From a virus (Duplodnaviria; Caudoviricetes), in the IMG/VR virus record IMGVR_UViG_3300048578_000093, positions 1 to 30,035 of that record: a stretch of 30,035 nt of DNA; one strand, 5' to 3'. Numbering within the stretch: the stretch's first letter is position 1; every line of letters starts with the position of its first letter. Made by a program: the position numbers and the translations under genes. The notes beneath the pieces were generated by a model that searched no databases, had not been told where the DNA came from, and was given only the letters and a program-made list of their open reading frames with translations. Of this stretch, positions 16,561 through 25,211 are shown in pieces.

Positions 16561-16606
16561 AGCATGTCCAGGGTTTGGGACAAACGACATTACGTTGGTG
16601 AGAAAA
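16561..16606 (-). promoter_or_regulatory. Putative Mor-dependent late promoter (accessory operon)
   Basis: TTTTCTCA-N5-GTAATGTC-N3-TGTCC-N11-CATGCT. Confidence 0.7.
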
Positions 16607-16741
16607 ATTTTGGCGCAAACAAAAAAAGCCATGTGGCGTCTTTCGTAGGCCGCCCACGGGCACCGTCCCGAGACCCCGAGAGGCTGCGGGATTTCCGCCC
16701 TGTCGGCTTGACTTCTGATTCCGAGTGGACAAGTGAAGGGT

Positions 16742-16894
16742 ATGCAGAAACGGATCGCTGACTTCCTGGAAAAGATGTCCGTGGGCTTCATGGTCGGGGC
16801 ATATTTCCAGAACTCGCTGACGGCGGTATTTTTCAGCCTGCTGTCAATCGGCTACAGCCTTTATCTGACAAGGAGGATAGAAAATGAGCGGTAA
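16742..16894 (+). CDS. 50-aa membrane micropeptide (DUF6722-like), copy 2
   Basis: MQKRIADFLEKMSVGFMVGAYFQNSLTAVFFSLLSIGYSLYLTRRIENER. Confidence 0.7.
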   Translation: MQKRIADFLEKMSVGFMVGAYFQNSLTAVFFSLLSIGYSLYLTRRIENER

Positions 16895-16988
16895 CACTGT
16901 GATCTGGATTGCCGGCATCTTCTGCACGGTGCTGTTCATCGTGGCGCTTTTCCTCCCTCCCGACAAGCCCAAGCGTCCCGACTGCTGA
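16884..16988 (+). CDS. 34-aa single-TM micropeptide with PPDKP tail, copy 2
   Basis: AGGAGG SD; MSGNTVIWIAGIFCTVLFIVALFLPPDKPKRPDC. Confidence 0.7.
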   Translation: MSGNTVIWIAGIFCTVLFIVALFLPPDKPKRPDC

Positions 16989-17003
16989 CCCAGGGAAAAG
17001 CGA

Positions 17004-17252
17004 ATGACACTTCTCTTCGACGACTCCAAGCGGCTGGAAAAGGCCCTGGGCGAGGAAGCGGCCGGCGTCCTCATCAACATCCTTGAAAAGCAGGAGGAGG
17101 CGGCCAATCGTGAGCTTGCCACCAAAGCTGACCTTGAGCGCGGCTTGCGAGAGCTTGAACTGCGGCTTGAATATCGGCTCACCATGCGCCTCGGGGCTAT
17201 CGCAGCCTCTTCCATCGCCATCGTTGCCGCCGTTGTGAAGTTCCTTTCGTAG
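17004..17252 (+). CDS. DUF1640/CCDC90-like coiled-coil protein with C-terminal TM
   Basis: ELATKADL...ELELRL...RLGAIAASSIAIVAAVVKF. Confidence 0.8.
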   Translation: MTLLFDDSKRLEKALGEEAAGVLINILEKQEEAANRELATKADLERGLRELELRLEYRLTMRLGAIAASSIAIVAAVVKFLS

Positions 17253-17275
17253 CCGGCCCACACGCGCCATTCCAA

Positions 17276-17303
17276 GCCCCTCGGGAAACCGGGGGGTTTT
17301 TTT
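17276..17303 (+). terminator. Rho-independent terminator
   Basis: gcccctcgg-gaaa-ccggggggt then T tract. Confidence 0.85.
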
Positions 17304-17316
17304 GCGGGGTGGAGTG

Positions 17317-17345
17317 TTGACAGTGTTTCCGCGAAACATTAGAGT
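17317..17345 (+). promoter_or_regulatory. Sigma70 promoter with palindromic operator
   Basis: TTGACA-N17-TAGAGT; TGTTTC-cgc-GAAACA inside the spacer. Confidence 0.7.
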
Positions 17346-17364
17346 ATCTGGAAAGGAGCAGCAC

Positions 17365-17508
17365 ATGAAGTCGATCAACATCAAGATCGTCCCTGACGAC
17401 GTTCACCACGCGGCGAAGGTCGCAGCGGCGAAGGAGGGAATACCCCTTCAAAACTGGATAATTGAGACTATCAAGAAGCGTCTGGAGGAATTGAACCAAC
17501 CAAAATAA
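17365..17508 (+). CDS. Ribbon-helix-helix regulator, copy 2, 47 aa
   Basis: MKSINIKIVPDDVHHAAKVAAAKEGIPLQNWIIETI; paralog of 2089-2232. Confidence 0.85.
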   Translation: MKSINIKIVPDDVHHAAKVAAAKEGIPLQNWIIETIKKRLEELNQPK

Positions 17509-17574
17509 ACGGCCCCGGAAAGGTGGTGGAACACCAAACCGGAGCCTAACCCTGGTCCCTGACAAGGAGGAACC

Positions 17575-18603
17575 ATGGCTAGCGCAATGATAAACGAACC
17601 CGCCCCGGCGGGCAATCCCGTCCTGACAGTCGAATCTTTGCCTTCGATCATCTATCATGGCCATCCTGTCATCTCAACGGAGTGCTTGGCCAAGGCGTAT
17701 GGTGTGAAGCCGAAGCAGATTCGGGACAACTTCACCCAAAACCAGGGCCGATTTGCTGAAGGGAAGCACTTCTTCAAGTTGGAAGGAAATGATTTAAGGG
17801 ACTTCCGCGACTGCACCGTTTTAAACGGTTCAGTCGTCCCGGCTCGGACTCGAAACTTCCTCCTCTGGACGGCCAAAGGCTCCGCTCGCCACGCCAAGAT
17901 GCTCAACACCGATTCGGCCTGGGATGTCTACGAGAGGATGGAAGACGGCTATTTTAGCGCCATGGAAGCCGACCTTGCCCGGCAGCAGCCTTACCCCATC
18001 CCCACCACCATAACCCCCTCCCAACAGCAAGAGCTTCAAAACATCGTGGCGGCCAAGGCTTCGGCCTTCCCGAAGGAAACCCTGGGCCGCATCCGGGCGC
18101 AGCTTTGGTCACGCCTGCACAACAAGTTCAAGGTGGCGAAGTACGACCAGTTGCCGGCCGGATCGTTCCCGGAGGCCGTGGAATATCTGGTGGGGCTGGC
18201 AGTGCGCGGGGCGTTCCCGATGGCGCTGCCAGATGCCGAGCCGCCCAAGTCCACTCCAACCGTCAAGGCCCTCCCTGGCCGTCGCCGGATCGCAGAACTC
18301 GACCAAGCCGACATTGCCCGCCGCCTTGGCCTGCTCAAGCAGCGGACCAATAGCCTGATTCTGGAATACTTCGAGTTCACCCGGGAACTGCACCAGCCGT
18401 TCAACGACGTGGCCTGCGACAAGGAGAACTACGACCCCGACGCGGCCGGCATGATGACCGCCGTGAACTACGGGCTGCAATACTTTAACCGGGTCGCCTG
18501 CGGGAACCTGGAAACCATGCAGTCACTGGCGGAGTTCGCGACTCATGCCGCCAGCGCTTTCAGGAAGGTGGAACACCTCCCGGCGTCCGGGACGGGGAGG
18601 TAG
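17575..18603 (+). CDS. Phage antirepressor, ORF6N domain plus P22 Ant-C-like domain
   Basis: VISTECLAKAYGV...RFAEGKHFFKLEG...LWTAKGSARHAKMLNTDSAWDVYERMEDGYF; ITPSQQQEL...FKVAKYDQL. Confidence 0.92.
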   Translation: MASAMINEPAPAGNPVLTVESLPSIIYHGHPVISTECLAKAYGVKPKQIRDNFTQNQGRFAEGKHFFKLEGNDLRDFRDCTVLNGSVVPARTRNFLLWTAKGSARHAKMLNTDSAWDVYERMEDGYFSAMEADLARQQPYPIPTTITPSQQQELQNIVAAKASAFPKETLGRIRAQLWSRLHNKFKVAKYDQLPAGSFPEAVEYLVGLAVRGAFPMALPDAEPPKSTPTVKALPGRRRIAELDQADIARRLGLLKQRTNSLILEYFEFTRELHQPFNDVACDKENYDPDAAGMMTAVNYGLQYFNRVACGNLETMQSLAEFATHAASAFRKVEHLPASGTGR

Positions 18604-18606
18604 GCC

Positions 18607-18768
18607 ATGACGCGCATATCCTACCACATCATCGGCAAGGCCCCTCTGACCCTTGAGACCATGGAAGCGCTCGTGCCCGGATCGGCCAAGGCTGTGGCTT
18701 ATGGCATGATGGAAGTGCGGCGGATCATCAGGAAGGCGGCCAGGGAGGTGGATATGGCGGGAAAATAG
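18607..18768 (+). CDS. 53-aa micropeptide after antirepressor, copy 2
   Basis: GGAGG SD; ...AVAYGMMEVRRIIRKAAREV. Confidence 0.6.
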   Translation: MTRISYHIIGKAPLTLETMEALVPGSAKAVAYGMMEVRRIIRKAAREVDMAGK

Positions 18769-18781
18769 CGGATAAGACCAG

Positions 18782-18811
18782 AAGGGGCCGGGCCGGGAGG
18801 TTCGGCCCCTT
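18782..18811. terminator. GC-rich hairpin closing cassette 2, between convergent genes
   Basis: aaggggccgggcc...ggttcggcccctt. Confidence 0.6.
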
Positions 18812-18824
18812 GCATTACCGCCGA

Positions 18825-19946
18825 CTACCTTCCCGCCGCCAGCGCCTTCAACTCCGCGACCGTGCGAGGCTGGTAGTCATCCCGGACCAAGTCCTGCATT
18901 TTGATTTTACCCGAATTCAGCAACGCAGCACGCCCCGGCCCCACGCTCGTGCTGGCCTTCTCCGCATCGGACATGCTGGCCCAAAATGCGTCGGCATCCC
19001 TGTAGCGGCCGACCCTGACGACTGGATCTTTTCCGCCCTCGTGTACGCCACGAACCAATATTTCTCCGTCATAATCCTTGCGCCCACGCACGACCCACTG
19101 ATCGGTCGCGTGCTGCATCTCGTCAATATCAATGCCAAGCTCGCGCCACGTGATCGTTTTTGGCAGGGCGGCGCAGCGGCAACGTGGGTGGATCGGCCTT
19201 TCCGGCCCCTCCCCCAACTTGAAATCCTGGCCATGCAGGGCCAAGCAAATGGCGCAAACTCTGTTGTCGCCGGCCGTCATCCATCGCCAGCCTTTTACCA
19301 CGTCGGCGTTGGCCGCATAAACCATGTCCCGGGCCTGATTATTGGCCGCGCTGACGAAGGTTCGCGTGAGCGTCACCGCGTCGTTTCGGGCCAGGCCAAA
19401 ACCGTTCTCAACCCGCTTCACCAGCCCGGGGTAGCCTTCGCCCCGCAGCACGCCCAGATTGATGGCCTGCCGCACTTGGCCTTGGACGTTGTAAGCAAAG
19501 GTCCGGTCCACCCATTCCTGAATCAGCCGGCCACCCAGGGGCGTTTCTTGGAAGAAGGCCCGAAGCTGCGCCGACGACAAGGCTACGTTGTTGACCCCCA
19601 CAGCGAGACCGCCAACCGAAAGCGCCCCCACGGCCTCAGTGATCGACGGCGCGGCCACGGTCATGGACATGCTGGTATACTGCTGGGTCAACTCGCTGCG
19701 CACGCCGGCCGTCAGGTCATCAAGCTCGTACAGGACGGCCTCAAGCCGGGCCTCCTGCCATTCGGACAGCTTGGCCGAGGAAAAGCGGGCCTCAAATTCG
19801 CGCAACACTTCGGCCCGGCCCTTATCCAGCGTGGCCAGGATGGAGAGAAGGGCCTCTTGCTCGAAGAGGTCAAGCTGCGCCCTCCACACGACGGCCCGTG
19901 CATATTGGTAGGTCTCGTATAGTGCTTGTCCGGTCGCCTCGCCCAT
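18825..19946 (-). CDS. Minor head protein (Mu gpF/SPP1 gp7-like)
   Basis: WRWMTAGDNRVCAICLALHG...RPIHPRCRC. Confidence 0.92.
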   Translation of the reverse strand: MGEATGQALYETYQYARAVVWRAQLDLFEQEALLSILATLDKGRAEVLREFEARFSSAKLSEWQEARLEAVLYELDDLTAGVRSELTQQYTSMSMTVAAPSITEAVGALSVGGLAVGVNNVALSSAQLRAFFQETPLGGRLIQEWVDRTFAYNVQGQVRQAINLGVLRGEGYPGLVKRVENGFGLARNDAVTLTRTFVSAANNQARDMVYAANADVVKGWRWMTAGDNRVCAICLALHGQDFKLGEGPERPIHPRCRCAALPKTITWRELGIDIDEMQHATDQWVVRGRKDYDGEILVRGVHEGGKDPVVRVGRYRDADAFWASMSDAEKASTSVGPGRAALLNSGKIKMQDLVRDDYQPRTVAELKALAAGR

Positions 19947-19960
19947 GCTACGCCACCCCC

Positions 19961-20218
19961 ATGGCAAAAGTTACCGACCCGAAGTTGCTGGCCGAACTCA
20001 AGGCCCGGTTTGCGGCCGATCCGCTGGTCATTGAATGGACGCCGAAGCGGCAACGGCTGGCCGCGCTCGGCCGTGCGCTCATGCTCAGGGAACTCACGCA
20101 GCTTCCCCTTGCTTCGACTGAGGGGCCGCGGCGGGCGGATTCTGCCCCGGAGTCGCCCCCGGATTCAGAAAGCGGGTTGCCGCCGTCTGAAAAGTACCGT
20201 CCCGGCTCTGAGTCATAA
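19961..20218 (+). CDS. Possible small opposite-strand gene
   Basis: MAKVTDPKLLAELKARFAADPLVIEWTPKRQRLAALGRALMLREL; TTGTCC-N17-TACGCC-N6-ATG upstream; 3' half overlaps portal end. Confidence 0.35.
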   Translation: MAKVTDPKLLAELKARFAADPLVIEWTPKRQRLAALGRALMLRELTQLPLASTEGPRRADSAPESPPDSESGLPPSEKYRPGSES

Positions 20219-21623
20219 GCCGGTCGCGCTCGGCCTCCGGGTCGAAGTCGTCAGCCAGCCGCCCCCGGCGCTGCAGTTCTTCCCAAACCGTTTCCCGCGA
20301 AAACAGCCCGGCCTGATATGCCTGGGTCAATTCCGCCATGGTCATGTCGGTGACGGACAGGCCAAAGTCGCTGTTCACGTCAACGCCGCCGCACGCCTCG
20401 GGCTTCTTGCCCACCCAGGCCCCCATGTACTGCAGCACGAGCTCCAACGAGTCTTGAAGCCCCCAGGCCCAGGCTTGGAGTGAGCAATGCGCTTGGCTGG
20501 TGTCTATGCTCTTTTCAGTGGCGGTGACGGTGCCCGGCCGACTGACCATGGGGTCCATGGCCATCTTGCCCATGCGCTCTTCCAGGTCGCGTAATGACTC
20601 GCGGTTGCTGCCAATGGCCGCCCCGGTATGTTCAACGAATTGCAGAGCGGCCTCGGGGTTGGTTTCCCGGATCATCTTGTTGGGGCCAACCTCCACGACG
20701 CCTCCCGCACCTTCGTTGGCCGGGGGCGTGTACCCGCGATAAAAGAGGATCGGCACGCTCGCGACGTGCTCAATCTGGTTGGCATCGCTCCATTTCTGCC
20801 AGTGCAGGCAGTTCAGGTCGGCCAAATCGGCCAGAGGCGGCTTGCCGGCCATGAAATCGGTGCGTTCGGTGTAGACCGGCACGATGGGGATAAATCCCAC
20901 GCTCATGACGCCAGAAAGCTCCTTGCGGGGAACCCACTGGTTCCCGGTCTTTTCCCCCTGCTGTAGTTCCCAAACGGTATAGGCACAGCGAGGCTTGCCG
21001 TCCTCGCCTGTGACCAGATCCAGGACACGTACCCGGCTGACCGCCTTTTCCCCCCAGTCGCCGTCCGTCTCGACGCTCGTTTCCCGAATACGTGCCTGGG
21101 TGAGCGTTTCGACGCCGTTGATCCTGGCCGACTTCCAGCCGATGAGGTTGCCGCAGGGCACATGCACGCAGTAGGGCCGCGCCCCTATCTTTCGCTCGTC
21201 GGCCAGGGTGCCGCCGGCTTCGACCCGCGGGAAATCGACCAGGATGTAGGAGACACCCAAAAAGGAATCGAGGAACACTGCCTTGACGAAGGCGGTGAAA
21301 TCGTTCCCGGCCAAGTCGATGTTTTCCAGCCAGGCCTTCATGTCCTCGGGCACGTCGTCCTTGGGATGCAGGGGTTTGGAGAACACCTTGCCCACCAAGT
21401 CCTGCACGGCCTTCTTGTAGGCGTTATAAAGGACCGAGCGGGCAAGCCGGTTCGCATAATTCGCCGCGCTTTCGGCCGGCTCCTGGGGCAAGTACGTCGG
21501 CCCGGCGGCGCGCATGGCGGTTGTGCCGCCCATAAGCGTACGGGGAAGCTTCCGGGCCTGCTCCATGTCGGCGTAGGCGAGGGAAGGAGTGTTGACGTCG
21601 GCTTTCTGGATGCTGGTAGACAT
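20094..21623 (-). CDS. Portal protein (DUF4055-like)
   Basis: MRAAGPTYLPQEPAE...RLARSVLYN...KPPLADLADLNCLHWQ; follows terL. Confidence 0.93.
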   Translation of the reverse strand: MSTSIQKADVNTPSLAYADMEQARKLPRTLMGGTTAMRAAGPTYLPQEPAESAANYANRLARSVLYNAYKKAVQDLVGKVFSKPLHPKDDVPEDMKAWLENIDLAGNDFTAFVKAVFLDSFLGVSYILVDFPRVEAGGTLADERKIGARPYCVHVPCGNLIGWKSARINGVETLTQARIRETSVETDGDWGEKAVSRVRVLDLVTGEDGKPRCAYTVWELQQGEKTGNQWVPRKELSGVMSVGFIPIVPVYTERTDFMAGKPPLADLADLNCLHWQKWSDANQIEHVASVPILFYRGYTPPANEGAGGVVEVGPNKMIRETNPEAALQFVEHTGAAIGSNRESLRDLEERMGKMAMDPMVSRPGTVTATEKSIDTSQAHCSLQAWAWGLQDSLELVLQYMGAWVGKKPEACGGVDVNSDFGLSVTDMTMAELTQAYQAGLFSRETVWEELQRRGRLADDFDPEAERDRLMTQSRDGTFQTAATRFLNPGATPGQNPPAAAPQSKQGEAA

Positions 21624-21631
21624 GGTGGACC

Positions 21632-22939
21632 TCACAGGGGGAAATCAACGACGGTGGCGGTGTTTCTGGTCACGGGATGGTCTCGATGGATGAGATACCC
21701 GGCTGCATCGACGGGGTGGTCGTGCCCGGTCGTCTTGTCGGGTTCGCCATTGTTCCCCCAGGCCTGCTGCTCAAGGGCGTCGGCGTACGTTGGACAGGTG
21801 GCTGCATTCACGAGGTAGCGACGATCTCCTGCCGCGTTTAGAAACATTGCGTTCATGGCGTTCACACGATCTTTTACAGGCGGGTTGGCGTTGGGGGCTG
21901 AAACGATAAATCCAGCCTGTTTAAGCAATGCAATGTCTGTTTCCGAAGCGTTGACGGACTTTCTTGAGCCGCCAGACGCATCGGGATATACGCGAATCTG
22001 GCGGGTCTGATGGTAAGATCGCCCATCGAACCGCCAGCAACGTTCTTTGATTCTGCGGATCATGTCGGGCGTGTCGTAGGCATTGATGATTTCGTCCACC
22101 GCCCTGGGCAAGCCTTCGCGCTTGACGTGGATGATGGCGGCCATTTTGCCAACGTTGAAGTCCATGCCGATAAAAAGGACTTCGTCGTCTTTGGCCGTAT
22201 CGTTGCACCCATTAAGGACTCGGCTGTAAGACGCATAGACAGTTCCCGTCTGAAGATTGACGAATTGACCGTTGATATAAGCATCTATCAGGTTGGCCGG
22301 GTAGCTTTGCAAGAGGCTTGGAATATAGTCTTCGGGGAGATTGCTCTCGTTGTCGTAGGTCGATGCCTGGACTAAACCGTAAAGTCCCTGCAACGCAGGA
22401 TTTGACCGTGGATTTTTAACAAACTGTTCGTGGATAAACCGGAACCCCTCCGGGGTAGTGGTCACATCAATTCCGTTTGCAAGTCCTTCGGCCTTGTAGC
22501 GCATACGAGCAAGAATTTTACGCCAGACGGCTTGCGCCTTGTCCTTCGGCATCACATCGATTTCATCAACCAAGGCCTTCCCGATCTTAAACCCAACGAT
22601 TGAGCCTGGATCTTCCATGGACCTGCAAAGGATCGTTCCCATGTAGATGCGGCCTCGGTAGACATCGACTTCATGGTTGCCAACACGCACTTTGGTGGTC
22701 AGGCCCCACTCTGAGAGGGCCTCTTCGACCGTGGGGTAAAAAATGTCCCTGATCTGCGGATAGGTAGGTGCAAAATATCCGGCACTTACCCGGGGGAACT
22801 CGTAGAAGTGTTTTCCCAGGCTGGCGCAGCCTGCCCAGGTCTTGCCTGCACCATAGCCGGCAACGTAGGCCTTGAACTTATGGGGAAGCGCGAGAAATCC
22901 AGCCTGGGGGATGTTGAGCTTGGGGGAAATGACAGTCAT
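21632..22939 (-). CDS. terL: Terminase large subunit
   Basis: Walker A AGYGAGKT, Walker B ALVDE, TTTPEGF, nuclease GMDFNV and DHPVDA. Confidence 0.97.
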   Translation of the reverse strand: MTVISPKLNIPQAGFLALPHKFKAYVAGYGAGKTWAGCASLGKHFYEFPRVSAGYFAPTYPQIRDIFYPTVEEALSEWGLTTKVRVGNHEVDVYRGRIYMGTILCRSMEDPGSIVGFKIGKALVDEIDVMPKDKAQAVWRKILARMRYKAEGLANGIDVTTTPEGFRFIHEQFVKNPRSNPALQGLYGLVQASTYDNESNLPEDYIPSLLQSYPANLIDAYINGQFVNLQTGTVYASYSRVLNGCNDTAKDDEVLFIGMDFNVGKMAAIIHVKREGLPRAVDEIINAYDTPDMIRRIKERCWRFDGRSYHQTRQIRVYPDASGGSRKSVNASETDIALLKQAGFIVSAPNANPPVKDRVNAMNAMFLNAAGDRRYLVNAATCPTYADALEQQAWGNNGEPDKTTGHDHPVDAAGYLIHRDHPVTRNTATVVDFPL

Positions 22940-23514
22940 ACCTTGCGTCCATCCACAACCGCGATCTCAATTTTGACCGGCATGGGGCAGTCGTCGCCGC
23001 CCGGGTTCTCACGGAAAAGCCCCAGGTGGTTCCCAAGGTGTTGAAGGGCCTTCACCTTGTCGTGGAGCTTGAACTTGGTCTTTTTAACGTCCACGGCGTC
23101 TTCGCCTCGGCCTTCGGTATAGGAATCCTGGGTGATCTCGGAGACGGCGGCCATCTTGTCGGTGTCGGCCCGGGAAAAATCGAGGACAGGGGCACCAGAA
23201 GCTTGGAGGGTGACAAAGTCGGCGATATTCGAGAAGCCTATCTTCGCAAGTTCTTGCAGGACGCGGTCGGCGGTGATCTCCGTGCGCTTGGCGCGTTTTC
23301 CCATTTCTTTTTGGATGGCCTCAGCAATCCAAGTTTTTCCAAGGAGTTCAGGGCCTATGCGGCTTGCGGTCTTGGGGCTGTACTTTGCCCTGATAGCCGC
23401 CTGCGTGGCGTTCAGGTCGATCAAGTATTCCTTGACGAACTGCGCTTGTTTTGGAGCTAGGCCGAACCCCCTTTTGGCCTTTCCGGGCACCTTGCGTTTT
23501 GGCTTGTCGCTCAT
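22936..23514 (-). CDS. terS: Terminase small subunit
   Basis: FVKEYLIDLNATQAAIRAKYS...EITADRVLQELAKIGFS...KLHDKVKAL. Confidence 0.96.
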   Translation of the reverse strand: MSDKPKRKVPGKAKRGFGLAPKQAQFVKEYLIDLNATQAAIRAKYSPKTASRIGPELLGKTWIAEAIQKEMGKRAKRTEITADRVLQELAKIGFSNIADFVTLQASGAPVLDFSRADTDKMAAVSEITQDSYTEGRGEDAVDVKKTKFKLHDKVKALQHLGNHLGLFRENPGGDDCPMPVKIEIAVVDGRKV

Positions 23515-23790
23515 GAATTCCCTCTGCGCTCAAGGCGCAATTCACCCGTAGAAACACCCGAAATCCGGCCCTGATTCTCTTGCCTCTCCCTCGCGAAATA
23601 TCGAGCCCGCCATGCAGCCCAGCGATCATTGACACGGGGCTTAACGCTGGATTCCCCCGGGGCAGGCTCACCCAAAATCCGATGCCTTCCGAAAAGAGGC
23701 GCTCGCTTATCCGTTCGCCCGGGCTTATTTGGCCTGCCGGGCATATCGGCGGCCGGGTAAAGCCGCCGCGAGGTTTTGGCTTTATTCCGT

Positions 23791-24045
23791 CTACTGCGGG
23801 ACTTTGAATCCCATTCTGGTAAGTGCCCAAACGACGAGCACGATGGCCCCGTATTCCAAAATTTTAACCACGACGACGGAGCGGACCTTGAGAGCCCCTT
23901 TCATGGCTCGGTGTTGCTCGGCGTGCTCCTCCGGGCTGAGGGGACATTTCGAGCAGCAGGCCGGCGCTCCGCACTTGCCGCCGTTGTCTTTGGCAAGCGC
24001 CAGGGCCACGGCCTCAGCGATGCGTTTCACGTCGTCGTCGCCCAC
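23791..24045 (-). CDS. Holin/antiholin-like membrane protein, 84 aa
   Basis: GTG start; C-terminal TM (ILEYGAIVLVVWAL); lysis context. Confidence 0.55.
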   Translation of the reverse strand: MGDDDVKRIAEAVALALAKDNGGKCGAPACCSKCPLSPEEHAEQHRAMKGALKVRSVVVVKILEYGAIVLVVWALTRMGFKVPQ

Positions 24046-24046
24046 G

Positions 24047-24979
24047 CTATTTGCCCCCTTCCTGCAGAAGCCGCAGCGCTGCCGCAAACTCAGGCCTCTC
24101 GGCGATCCGGCCCGCGTGCATGGCCATGACAGCAAAGGCCCGGTCATCCGTGGCGTCCATGGCCACGGATTCGGTCAGGTCAGCCTGGAGCCGGACATAC
24201 CGGTTGCCGAGAAGGTGCCGGCACTGGTGGTCGGTTACGTCGGAGGTGGCGGAAAACATGATGTCGATGAGGGGCCGGACCCAGCCGGCCAACCCCCAGT
24301 TACGCGCCCGGGCCAGCAGATAGGGCTTGTCCTCGCGCCCTGTGCCCAGGGAGACGAGGCAGACGTTGGAGGTGGGAACATTCGCCTTGACCACCTCGAC
24401 CGCCGCGCACAGGGCCGGGTTGTTGGCCGCCACGCCGCCGTCAATGCAGGCAAACCGGTTGCCGCCCTGGCTCATGATGGCCACCGGCTCGAAATAGGTG
24501 GGCGCCGCAGCCGAGGCCATGGCCACGTCGACCAGAGAGAAGTCCCGATGGTGGTCACGGTGCGCGTCCCATGAGGTGAAAAAGACCGGCCGCCGGGCCT
24601 CGATGTCATAGGCTACGGCCATACAAGCGGCCCCAGCCCGGCTGATGTCGGCCAGGGTCTTGTTTCCAAAAATCTCTGCCAGCCCGGCCCGAAGCCCATC
24701 GTTGTTGTACTGCTCGTCGGCCAGACCGAAGAGGCTGGCCATTCGCTTGCCCCAGGTGCGCCGGAAGATAGCCGGCCCCTTGAGCCGGTAGAACTCGGCC
24801 ATGTCCGCAGCCGGGACGCCGGCGACGAGGCCCAGAGCCAGAATGGCACCGGTGGACGTGCCAGCCAGAAGGTTGGTCATCTCGCCTATGAGCCGCCCGG
24901 CCTGGGCCTCGATCTGGGCCAGGACCAGGGCCGGCAGGAAGCCCTTGATACCGCCGCCATCAATGGAAACGATGCGCAC
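24047..24979 (-). CDS. Patatin-like phospholipase, 310 aa
   Basis: SIDGGGIKG, AGTSTG, ASAAAPTYF, DGGVAANNP, SLGTG motifs all intact. Confidence 0.95.
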   Translation of the reverse strand: MRIVSIDGGGIKGFLPALVLAQIEAQAGRLIGEMTNLLAGTSTGAILALGLVAGVPAADMAEFYRLKGPAIFRRTWGKRMASLFGLADEQYNNDGLRAGLAEIFGNKTLADISRAGAACMAVAYDIEARRPVFFTSWDAHRDHHRDFSLVDVAMASAAAPTYFEPVAIMSQGGNRFACIDGGVAANNPALCAAVEVVKANVPTSNVCLVSLGTGREDKPYLLARARNWGLAGWVRPLIDIMFSATSDVTDHQCRHLLGNRYVRLQADLTESVAMDATDDRAFAVMAMHAGRIAERPEFAAALRLLQEGGK

Positions 24980-24980
24980 G

Positions 24981-25211
24981 CTATTTTCCCCCTTCCTTTG
25001 ACAGCACAAACGGCCGGAGCTCGGACCACACGCGGATAAGCTCGGTTGCGGCTTTGCAGAGGTCTTGAAGGGCCTGGGAACCGCTACAGGCGATGGCCAC
25101 GCCGCCCAGGATCCAAATGGTGTGCTCGCTGAGGCCGAGCTTTGCGCTGGCGGCAAGGACGGCAATGGCGGCGAGGCCCTGAATCATCTTGCGAGAGTTA
25201 AAGGGGTTCAT
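24981..25211 (-). CDS. Holin-like protein with two TM segments, 76 aa
   Basis: MNPFNSRKMIQGLAAIAVLAASAKLGL...IWILGGVAIA; GGAGG SD. Confidence 0.7.
   Translation of the reverse strand: MNPFNSRKMIQGLAAIAVLAASAKLGLSEHTIWILGGVAIACSGSQALQDLCKAATELIRVWSELRPFVLSKEGGK

Noticed and set aside
16620-16710. Known riboswitch (c-di-GMP, TPP, SAM)
   Set aside because: Core consensus nucleotides not recognisable by eye
16444-16791. Ash/Icd-like ORF
   Set aside because: Only the AFFVCA fragment resembles it; better explained by a terminator T tract and the late promoter
19948-20097. 49-aa minus-strand ORF coupled to portal end
   Set aside because: Ser/Ala-rich and reads like an antisense frame; not excluded but unsupported
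24047-24979. Patatin as CapV of a CBASS system
   Set aside because: No CD-NTase or Cap2/Cap3 genes nearby; the gene is coupled to lysis genes
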